Origin: Takakia lepidozioides
Lineage: Eukaryota; Plantae; Bryophyta
NCBI GenBank assembly: GCA_030704615.1
Contig: CM060733.1
Span: forward strand, 3,534,001 to 3,598,000
Direction of reading: 5' to 3'
DNA: 64,000 nt
Shown: piece after piece, positions 36,663 to 47,060 of the stretch
Position numbering within the stretch: position 1 is the first letter of the stretch
How the letters are laid out: every line of letters begins with the position of its first letter
The notes under the pieces: generated by a model
What the model was told of the DNA's origin: nothing
What the model saw: only the letters and a program-made list of their open reading frames with translations
The model's database searches: none
Position numbers and translations under genes: made by a program

Positions 36663-39600
36663 TGTCAAGTTATTTTACCACTAGTGTGAAACTAGCTAGG
36701 AAATAGCTAGCTTTTACATATTGACATTTGGGATTGGCCCAAGTGTCAATCTAGGGGTCAAGGCAGATTTGGCCCTGGAGTGGTTATCTTCACAGCAAGC
36801 GCGGGAGGCTCATCTTTCTCGAGTTGAGCCTCACCGCGCCTAGCTATGGCGCCGTAGTGTGGATTCCCCATGGCGTGGGGTGCACTTGGCTTGACTTGTA
36901 TTTGAGTGATGAGGTTATATATGCATGAGTTTATGCTTCAGATTTGTGAGCTCGTGCTTGTATTCTTCTTCTTTATCACTCGAGAAAGATGAGCTCGTAT
37001 CTGTGAGTGCCAGATACGAGTTAGTTGTAGCACTTGTGGTTTTTGCTTGAGAATGAGAGAAACCAAGTTGTTATGCAAGGAGCACCGTGGAGCTCTTGGT
37101 TGTTAGAAGCGGAGGCGATGTGGGCTACGAGGTGGTAGACCTTGGCATTCGATCTTCAGCTTCAGAGATGAAAGCACCATGCTGCAGGTAATTCCACTAT
37201 AACCTGCTCTTGACTGGTCCTCTTCCCAATCGTGATTGCTCATGCATGTACACAATCTGAAACCATCAAGGGGCAAAGCTGAGAACTGGACTTGGGAATG
37301 CGAGCTTTCATTGTGTGAAGGATTGCAAGACCAAGCGAAAGGGCTGATTTGGCTTGGGGCAAATCAGTGCACTTTGTGGAGTATGGTGAGATTGGGTTTC
37401 AATCTCGAGCTTCAGCATTGAGAGGGCTCTTGTCATGGCAAGAGCAGGGCTGGAACAGGAGCTAAGAGGTGCGGCAAGGCCATGGAATGTGCACCTAGGA
37501 TTTCAGAGTTTGGAAAAAGAGCTCTTGCACCACAAGAGAAGTGTCTTGTGGCTGGAAATGTAAGCCTTAGGGTTTCAGGAGCTTGGCAAAGGCTGTGGAG
37601 TGCTTAGTCTTGTCTTAGAGAGCATCAAGGAGCCAAGGAGCCAAGATAGGGGGCTGATATCTCGTGTGTGAAGAGGTTGCATGTGTGGAGCATGTATTCA
37701 GCTCATTGAAGCTTCCATCTTCAAGCTTGGAGGGCAAGCAAGGAAGAGGGAAGGGCTGACTTCCCTTATGTGAGGGCAATGCATGTGTGGAGCATGCTAT
37801 CAGCCTGGTGAAGGCTTGCACTTTCAGGTGTGGGAGTGCAAGAAAGGAAGGAAGGGGCTGGTTTCCCTGTAGGGCATGTGGAGCATGCTTTCAGCCTGCT
37901 GAAGCTTGTATTTTCAGGTTTGTGGGTGCAAGAAATGAAGCAAAGGAGCTGATTCTCTTATGGTGAGAGTGGGGCATGTGTGGAGCATGCCTTCAGCCCA
38001 TTGAGGCTCTTGTTTTCAAGCTTTAGAGAGCTAGAACGGAAGGTCTAGGGCTGGTTTCCACTTGGAGTGAAAGAAAAACACTTGTAGGGCCTATGTGAGT
38101 TGGGGTTTCAACTTCAAGCTTGAAGGGAGCGCAACTCTTGAAGCAGCAGGTGTAGGGGGCTGGAATAGGCTCTAAGACAGATGCTATGGCCAAGGAGAGT
38201 GCTTGAATGAGTGCTCACAAGGGCTGGGAACCAGCAGGGCTTGGTTGTTTGCCATTGAGTTTAGTGGCGTGTTTGGGGAGGCTAAGTGAGAAAGAAGGCT
38301 TGGTTTGTGGCAACCACCTCATGGCTTAGGGCTACTATGGTGGTGTGTGGGAGCCGAAAGAGCAAGAATACCTTGCTGATTTCCTCACAGCCGCCATAGC
38401 TCGGTGGAAAGAAGCCTAGAGTCCAAGAGACACAAACCCTAGCTTGGCGTGGCTAAACCCCTTGGAGAAATGGCTAAACTGCCAGAGCGGCCATGGATGG
38501 GGCTGTGACAGGCCGTGCCTAAGGCCTTTGGGGCTGTGAGGGGCTGTGTCAGGCCGTGCCTGAGGCCTTTGGGGCTGTGACGGGCTGTGCGGGGCTGTGA
38601 CAGGCTGTGCCCAGTGGCCTGTGGGGCTGTGACGGGCTATGAAGGGCTGTGCCGGGCTGCGCCGGTGGCCCTCGGGGCTGTGACGGGTTGTGAGGGGCTG
38701 TCACGGGCTGCGCCGGTGGCCTTCGGGGCTGTGACGGGCTGTGAGGGCCTGTGACGAGCTACGCCGGTGGCATGTGGGGCTGTGAGGGGCTGTGAGGGGC
38801 TGTGACAGGCCGTGCCTGAGGCCTTTGGGGCTGTGACGGGCTATGAGGGGCTGTGTCAGGCCGTGCCTGAGGCCTTTGGGGCTGTGAGGGGTGTGGCGAG
38901 CTGTGAGGGGCTGTGAGGGGCTGTGACAGGCTGTGCCCGTGGCCTTTGGGGCTGTGAGGGGCTGTGACAGGCCGTGCCTGAGGCCTTTTGGGCTGTGACG
39001 GGCTGTGAGGGGCTGTGTCAGGCCGTGCCTGAGGCCTATGGGGCTGTGAGGGGCTGTGGCGAGCCGTGACGGGCTGTGACAGGCTGTGGCGGGCTGTGCC
39101 CTGTGGCCCGTGGGGCCGTGACGGGCTGTGACAGGTTGTGGCGAGCTGTGACGAGCTATGAGGGGCTGTGACAGGCTGTGCCTAGTGGCCTGTGGGACTG
39201 TGACGGCTGTGACCAGTGAGCTGTGTGGGCCTGTGCTGGTATGTGGTGGCCCGTGTTGACCTGTGGACGGCCTGTGCTGACTCGTGGAGGCACTGGTGGA
39301 CTGCCTAAGGACTGGCATGTGGTCTTGAAGGCCAAATTTTGAAGCTCGTGGAGGGCGGTTTGAGGAGTATCTTCATGATATTCCCATGGTCATGCAAGTG
39401 ATGGAAGAGAGGAGAGGAAGAGTGTTGGGATGAGGGCATGCTGGGGTTAGACATTGCTTTAGCTTCTCTTCCTCGTAGTTTCCACCCTCTCATTAGGCCA
39501 AGACCTTTCCGTAGGTGGAGGCAAGAGTTAGTCCGGGTTTGGGCTAGGGTGTCATTGCAGGAGCAACACCGTGGAGTTGTTTTTGGTGTGGGGGAGTTGT

Positions 39601-39711
39601 CATTCTGATTTCTTGTGTTTGGATCCCCTCCATACCTGCATGCTTGACTGTGCGCCATGCTAGTTTTGTGTGGGCGCTTGTTTTTATAGGTGATTGGTCC
39701 GGATTTGATCA
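36663..39711. mobile_element. ~3-kb non-coding repeat, probably a long LTR or LTR-derived sequence, with internal tandem arrays
   Basis: TG start shared exactly with the copy at 23042; candidate end ..TGATCA at 39711. TATA-like CCTATAAAA on the minus strand near 39690. Internal ~95-bp repeats at 37660-38060. No TSD seen, so the right boundary is uncertain. Confidence 0.55.
38499..39232. repeat. GC-rich minisatellite of ~10-bp GGGCTGTGAC/G monomers with ~40-50-bp higher-order units
   Basis: ggggctgtgaggggctgtgacaggccgtgcctgaggcctttg is repeated many times. Confidence 0.95.
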
Positions 39712-39939
39712 CCGGCCAGTCCTAGAGCATGCTGTTGATGGTGAGGCTGGGGTGATGACCAGCCAGACCATCATTGTTTCTCCTGTGGTGAGGTTGGAGG
39801 TGATGACCAGCCAACCATAGGAGTGCTTGCGGTGGATGCAGGTACATGTGTAGGCTATGTTAGGAACTTAGTATTCCAAACCATAAGCCGCAACAGGTTC
39901 TCTACCCGGTTACCTTGTGGAGAGGAGGTTAGGGACATG

Positions 39940-42212
39940 TTCATGACCGGTTGAGTGTCAACACGGAGGTGCCACTAGTTGCTGGGGACAGTGCCGGTTC
40001 GAGCACTAGCGATACTAGTGGGTACACGAGACGAGGTGTGCGGTTTAGGCCACCTTCACCTCCTGTGTCTTCTACGGAAGGTTCTGATTCGGATTGTGAA
40101 TCAGGATGACTCATACCGGCGGTGCAAGTTGTTTCTTTGCCATTGTTGTGGAACACAATGGAGGAGATGTATGGAGCTACCAAGGGGCCACGAAGGTACT
40201 CTGGGGTGGTGGGCACCATCGAGTTGGATGATTTTATCCAAGAGTTTGATAGTTGGTGTGATTTGTAGCAAATGCGCAATCCACAACTATTTACGCCTTT
40301 CATGGCATGGAAGGGGCTGTTTCAGCACCTTGAGGGGCCGCCTATGGATGATTACATGAGTTCAGGCGGGGGCATGAGGTTGAGATCGAGGAGTGGAGGA
40401 TGTACTGGTCACCCGACTATGTCTCCATCACTAGGGGCACTAGAGCCACGAGGGCAGTGGCTACACCTGCCGCTGCACCGGCAGCTTCAGCAAGTAGCAG
40501 TGGGACTAGTGGGACTGGTGGTACAGTAGCTACGATGTCCACCCAAGCCACTACCGCACCAGCACTAGCACCCGTGCCTGCCTTCAACCCTGTTGTGGAG
40601 TTCTTCGAAGAGTTGAGAGGGAACTACCAAGGGGTGAGGACAGTTGCGGAGCTGGCAAGAGTTCCAATGGAAGCCGACCGAGAGCTTGAGGGAGGCTTTC
40701 ACTCGCATGAGGCGCTTGATAAATGTAACCCAATGGGTTACGGAAGCTCAGGCAGTCCAATTCTGGTATGGGATATTGAACAAGGAGCTGAGGAGAAGGG
40801 TGCGGGATGCAACTCTCCTACAAGCGGCCCAACCCACCTTAGCAAATGTGTTTTTGCTGGCAGAGCGGATAGAGCTCAACATGGTGGAGGAACGAGTGGT
40901 CATGGTGGGATTTGCTAAGGAGACGCCACGGGGTAGTGGTGCTCCTAGCCAACCACTACCTCAACGTGCTCAAGGCTTGCCTGACAAGGCTAGTGAGGGG
41001 CCTGCGTATGCATTCTTGGATCATGTGCTTAGCCGATTTGGTGCTCCAGCTGAGGTACTCACGGACCAAGGGAGAGAGTTCTTGGGGGAGTTTCAAGCTT
41101 TGTGTGATAAAGCCTTGATAGACCACCGCACCACTTCTCGGGATCATCCTGAGGCCGATGACTTAGCAGAGAGAGTTGTTCAGACGGTGAAGAGGGGTTT
41201 GCTCAAGTATGGCTTGCAGAAGGGACACCTAGGAGATTGGGATTTTCAGGTTCCTTGGTTAGCCATGGGCTACAGGTTCAGCAAACAAGCATCACTTGCC
41301 TCCTTCTCACCATATTTCCTTCTCTTTGGCCGAGAGCCGGATTTGCCACTATACGTGGTGGAGGATATCGTCCTGGGGTTCGGAGGTTTAGCCCTGGTGA
41401 CTATGTTTATTTGCAGCAGACTGCTCCTACGACTCTGGATGTTACTGCAGGGCGTGTTATTCTGAGGGTTCGAGAGGTGTTGCCCTCAGGGGTCCTGATC
41501 TTAGAGGGTTGGGATGGCATGACTTGGAAGGACCGTGTGCGTAATTGTGCGCCATGTCACTTTCCCAATGTCGATGGCAGAGTTGACCCAAACTTGGCAG
41601 TGGTACCTACAGGTTTGAGGTGCATGCTCTGTGGGTCTGCCAAAGGGGCAGCCACCATGCTAGTGTGTGATCGATGCTCAAGGGGTTGATATATGGGATG
41701 CTTGACACCACCTCTTGAGAAGGTTCCTGACGGAGATTGGTTGTGTCCACACTGCTTGGGATAGTGGCAGTGGACATGACTGGAGGCAGCTAACAAGACA
41801 TGGGAGGCCAAGCTCATAGGAGTCAATACATGAGATCCCAACCTTAAGTTCACAGGTTGCAAGACGGTGACTAACGATGGGGCAACTCTTGCACCCGGCC
41901 TCTTGATCTATCGAGTTTGAGTGTAGTAGGGATAGTGGTGGAGGACTTAGTGAGGCTATGGTCACTATCACATCTTGTGGCTACCTGGACTTAGAGGGAC
42001 CTAAGCACCAGCTAGGGGGGCAATTGTGTGGACTAGTGACTGCCATAGTGGGCAGCATAGTGGCAGCCTAGTGATTGACTAGTTGTAGCCTAGTGGTTGG
42101 ACTAGTGGTTGGACTAGTGGTGGACTAGTGGTATACTAGTGTGTGGTGTGCACATGTGTTGTGTGGTTTTGGACAGCGATATAGTTGTGTAGCGATATGT
42201 ATGCGCACGACA
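39940..42212 (+). mobile_element. Internally deleted Gypsy-type LTR retrotransposon: gag fused to integrase core plus C-terminal PHD finger, PPT and 3' LTR
   Basis: Gag ELDDFIQEFDSWCD..AWKGLFQHLEGPPMDDY, ESLREAFTRMRRLI..QFWYGILNKELR. INT SRFGAPAEVLTDQGREF..TTSRDHPEADDLAERVVQTVK..FSPYFLLFGR, FSPGDYVYL. PHD CMLC..MLVCDRCSRG*YMGCLTPPLEKVPDGDWLCPHC (41621-41764). PPT AGGGGGG at 42014-42020. Confidence 0.9.
42025..42212 (+). repeat. Short (188 bp) 3' LTR of the PHD-integrase element
   Basis: TGTGTGG...CACGACA directly after the PPT. Both ends are defined by the inverted copy at 43868-44044. Confidence 0.85.
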
Positions 42213-43867
42213 AGAAGAACAGTGGATTCCCGCGGGCTTGGATTGACGAGGCGCCACAACATCCGAGGGAGTCATCAAGTGTTTGGAGTCCGTTTTTTTT
42301 TTCTTGTCAGCCTTTTGTCCTTTGGAATGATTCCCTGCAGAGGAAGGAAATGGCTCGGGGGCTTTTTTTTTCGCCTCTTTGGTGCAGAACATTGTTCGAG
42401 CAGTTTAGGGTCACGCTGTGTCGAGGTTGGAGATATTTTGTCACTGAACGACGGGAGAAGTGGAGGGGCAACAACAAGCAAGCACAGAAAATTGTCCCTT
42501 GAGTACTCGACATCCTGGATGGAATGAAAACGCAACGAAGGAATAATTTACCTCGGAACTGCATTCCAATGCAGACGTCATTTGACAGGAAGGTCATAAT
42601 CTGCAGATTTTCTTACCTGGAGCGACAGATGAATATCAGACCCCAAACTAAGTGAAACTAGGAGAATGAGCAAGGAGCGAGAAATGAGTTTAAGTCACCT
42701 GACTCCTGCGGATTTGGGCTGTCCAACCCTCGTGCTGGGGAGATATGCGAGGAAGAGACGGAAGCAGGTGCAGCGGAGCCGTAGCCGAGTCCCCGACAGT
42801 TGCCCTACGGGTTGGATAGACTAGACCCTGCGTACTGAACAGGGAGGGTGAGGAATGTTGGGAAAGGTCGATAAAGTCTCCGGGATATTTGTGTTCTTCA
42901 CCTGCACCTTGGACTTTACCCCCAGGAGGACCCGAGAGGATAAGAGTGTTGCCCGCTTCCCGGGAGGACAAGGGTCTGACAGAGGATCCATCCTCAATTT
43001 GAGCACCATCGTGAACCCTCGGAAAGCCTTCAATACTCCGACTCACAGCTGATCCGGAGGGTTCCTTTAGGGGACTTCATTCTAACTAATTGACCAACTC
43101 ACTCAATTTGAGTGAGGGTTTGAGTGAGGGTTGGTGTAATAGGATCCTTACATAAGCCTTCACAAACTTATATTGTTGTAGGATGTCAAAAAAATGGTGT
43201 GATTTTCACACACCTAAGATAGCCCCTACATGTCTATGTTGCAATTCAAAGTCTTCTTCACATTAGAGGCTATATCTTATGACCAACTCACTCAATTTGA
43301 GTGGGGGTTGATGCAATGACAGCCTCACACAAGCCTTTGTATATATGTAATATGATGGAAGGCTTAATGTCATACCATGCCTAACACTTATAGTGCGCTC
43401 AAAGGGATCTTGCTTCCGGAACGAACGTACTCTACCCATTGGTGGTTTTTTTTCCAAAAATTACTTGGTGACTTTTTAATACTCTCACGAAGACGTAAAT
43501 AAAAATGACACAGGACGCGTAGAGCTCTACGATATGGTACAGCTTCCGGAACGTACGTTAGGAAACATAACGTAGTTATCTTTGCGTTGGAGAATTGGGT
43601 TGTGTGGATGCGAGGGCAACAGTCTAGGGACGCTCTGATAGCGTTGCGCGCCAAGGCCCCGTGTTATGGTAGCTGCGTTCCACGGATGTGTATGAGAAGC
43701 CAAAAACACTCGAGACAAAATGTATATAAGGATGCAGTTTTATATTCTATTTTACACTTCATTCTTGACATTGCTTTCTTCCTTCCTAGCTCGTGGTCTT
43801 TGTTGCTCAAACATAGTTTGGGTAGCGCTCTCTCTCTTCTCTAGATTTTGCTCACTGCCGTACGGCC

Positions 43868-44044
43868 TGTCGTGCGCATACATATCGCTACACAACTACA
43901 TCGCTGTCCAAAACCACACAACACATGTGCACACCACACACTAGTATACCACTAGTCCAGCCACTAGTCCAGCCACTAGGCTACAACTAGTCAGTCACTA
44001 GGCTGCCACTATGCTGCCCACTATGGCAGTCACTAGTCCACACA
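43868..44044 (-). repeat. Solo-LTR-like copy of the same 188-bp LTR in inverted orientation
   Basis: Near-perfect reverse complement of 42025-42212 with one fewer ggactagtgg unit. Flanks CGGCC/GTCGG are not a TSD. Confidence 0.9.
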
Positions 44045-44268
44045 GTCGGAGAATCCTCCTACTCGCGGGGAAGGAGAAGAGACAGAGCACCACAATCGCG
44101 TAATCCAACAACAGATCCCGATTCGGGTAAAACATTGGCTTTATTCTTATTACTCTTATTATTGGTCTTTCAGTCTCATCTTCGGTATTGCTCAATTCGG
44201 TAATTTTGTCGGATCATTTTGGACCACCGTAGTCGTCATCCGTGGGATTTTTCATTAATTTCCTGTAG

Positions 44269-46193
44269 ATTCGTGAGACGACGTCTGAGGAGCGAGGACC
44301 GACTCCATCGACACTGAGACGGTGAAGAGAAGAGTCGATCGAACAATTACTGTCGTTCTATCTGAGCCGGTCATACAAGTAACCTCCACTGGACAGTCGA
44401 GGTTGCTATCTGACTCCACAGAGAAGGACGATAACGTTGGACGTAGAGATGGGAAAGAGGAGGAGTAGCCTGCCCAGGGATCTCAACAGTCGACTCCAAA
44501 AACGGTAATGATTTCAACTCAATTCTTCCGTTTGTCTACTTTGGGATTTCTCAAATTGAAATTAATAATGAACTCTTCTGTTATTCCACAGGACAACATG
44601 CATTACCCTCCAGTCGACTATTCCCTTTCTGTCAATCCAAACGATCTGCATTCCCTTCCTTGGGGACCAAACAAATGCTGGCCAGGATATTACGTCATGG
44701 TTCTGGACATCGGCTACCTTTGTGAGGTTTTCCTAAAGGATGGAAAGAAAACACCTCCTGCCGCCCAACCTTGTATCGCCGCAGGGAAATTCAAGTTAGC
44801 TACGCGAAACGGTCTTGACGAATTCGTTAAGTGGGCCGTCAAAAAGTTTGCCGTTTGTTTTTGGAACACTGGACCTGAAATGAACGTCGAGACTATCGCC
44901 AAGGCCGTGTTTGGGAAGTACTATTCCCAGGTCAGAACTTACAGCAGTGAGAATTCCGTATAGATCGACATTCAACGAAAAATGGTCTAAAGCTCCCAAA
45001 AATCCCATCTACTTTAAACGTCTTTACGACATTTTCGCTGAGGAACACCCGACGGCTTACAAATCCAATACTCTCCTCATCGACACTGTAGACAATATGT
45101 ACAAGTCTTAGGACATACCATCTTCCTTCCAAAATATAAGGCGCGCATGGACCCTGACAGGGATAAATTTCTACTGGAAGAGCTCAAGCCTCACCTTAAC
45201 ATGTTCCGGTTATCGGGGATGGATGTCATGCCGTTCAACGACCTACATCCTTTCGGCGTTTCGAAGGATTTCTTCGAGGACGACCCAGCGGTCAAATTTC
45301 TTAGAAACTTTGATTATAGGTGGCAGAAGTTCCTTAGCAATCTCGAGTTGCGTGCCGCTGCATTGGGACATAAAATATTTGTTCACTTGCCTGGTGTCGG
45401 TTTTTCCAATGCATTGTACTGTTCCCTTTTATCATCCTAAGTATGAATGACTCTCTGGCAGATTGGAGCACCTGTTTCTCCTCTTGCGCAAGGGTTGCGT
45501 TTGATTATTTTTGACGTGAATGGAGTCTTGTGCAACATCTTGAAGCACCAGAAGAGCTACAATGTCCCCCGGTTTTCAGAATCGGACTACAGAATTCCAG
45601 CTCTTGTCACATTCCGACTTGTCTTTAGACGGGAGAAATATCGCGAAGTGTGGACAGAGTTGCACAAACACTACCGGTTAGGGATTTTGAGCTCTATGAT
45701 GTACAAGAACTTACAGCCCATCTTGGATTTTTTGCTTCGTGGTCTACCTCAACCGGCCTTCGTTATGTCTCAAGAGGATTGTATTTCATGCCCTACTTCG
45801 GTTCACCCTCACTTCAAATCAGGATTGGACCCTCCTCATTTATTTTTGAAGCCACTGGTCAAGGTCTGGAAGGGATTTGGTGGGCAATACACCAAGAATA
45901 ACACTCTGCTCATTGACGACATCGCCATGAAGTGTGTATTGAACCCGCTCGACTCATGTCTTGTTCTCAAACCGTTCCATACCGTTGAGACTGATGGTTG
46001 CTATCTTCTCAAGGTTCTTCAGACCTATTTGCTTGGAATGAGGAAACATCCCACTGTTTCAAGCTATCTTAGGAAAAAGAGGATAGGGTTGAGTATTTTT
46101 CCCAATGTTTCAAACGATCCCAAGTTTAGCCCACTCTGGGATTTTATTGAGGACAACGGTTTTAAGAGTCTCAGATATGATGCTTCAAAATAG
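44269..46193 (+). pseudogene. Gene with two tandem FCP1/NIF-like (HAD superfamily) phosphatase domains; first domain degenerate, second open (45447-46193)
   Basis: Domain 1: VMVLDIGYL..RNGLDEFVKW..FAVCFW..YFKRL..SNTLLID. Domain 2: LIIFDVNGVL..YRLGILSSMMYKN..SQEDC..LFLKPLVKVW..NNTLLIDDIAMKCVLNP. Intron 44506-44591; in-frame stops upstream. Confidence 0.8.
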
Positions 46194-46299
46194 ATCAATC
46201 ACATCTCACTCGACCTATTGAATATCTTCATGATTTCTCTTTTTCATTTCCTTGTAATCACACACGTGAAAGATATGGTACTCTTATTTTGACTCATTT

Positions 46300-47060
46300 T
46301 CAGGTGAATTCTTGACGCACATTCCGGGAAATCCCAAGAGACTGATACAGGCCTTCATACGGGGACATGACTATATCTAGTGACCTCCACTGTTCAGTGG
46401 AGGTTCGCATTCGTGCATTCCCGGATTTACGATTATGTCTCTTTGGCTTTGCGCAAATTTCTATCATATGCATCATTGTCTGGGTCTCCATACCCCCAAG
46501 CTGAGTATGCTTTTGTCAAATTGATGAGTAGAGGATAGGCAGAATCTCCAACAATGTAAGGATGAAGTCGAACTTCTGAAAATGTCAACATAGAATGTTG
46601 AAGTATTTTTCTACTCATTAATTTGCGATACAATGAAGAGGCTCGAAAATGTGTTGCATCGTGAATGCCTCCAGATGCACTAACACACGCATCGCTGTAG
46701 CTGTGATCGCAAACATCCTAAAGGAATATATTATGGTGATCAAGTCTGTTCCAATAGTCCGCTGACACGTAATTCAGGTCTGGCTTTTCGGCCAACCTAA
46801 TGTGGGAGCCGTCTATAGCTCCACAGAGATTAGGCAAACATGTAACCTCCAAGAATCCATGCGTAATAGATTCTAATTGTTTTCCTTCAGGTATGCTAAC
46901 AAATTATGAGTACAAAATATCTTTAATGGATAGACACTATGTGATAAGCTTGATATATAAGTACACAATACTGCGACCAATACAGAATAGATTGGCCACA
47001 AGCTTGTTAGACCAAAATGCGTAACATTATTTTGAATTGTTCTGCACATAATCACTCACC
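46300..47060 (-). pseudogene. PIF/Harbinger (HARBI1-like, DDE_Tnp_4) transposase, degenerate
   Basis: VANLFCIGRS..SIPEGKQLESITHGF..LPNLCGAIDGSHI..DYWNR..GGIHDATHFRASSLY..YIVGDSAYPL. Several stops. The gene probably extends 5' to ~47600. Confidence 0.88.

Noticed and set aside
38701-39318. 205-aa ORF with HSP/TARH repeats
   Set aside because: Translation of the GGGCTGTGAC minisatellite; no evidence of coding.
42025-42140. Short ACTAGT repeats resembling a CRISPR-like array
   Set aside because: No unique spacers, eukaryotic context, and part of an LTR.
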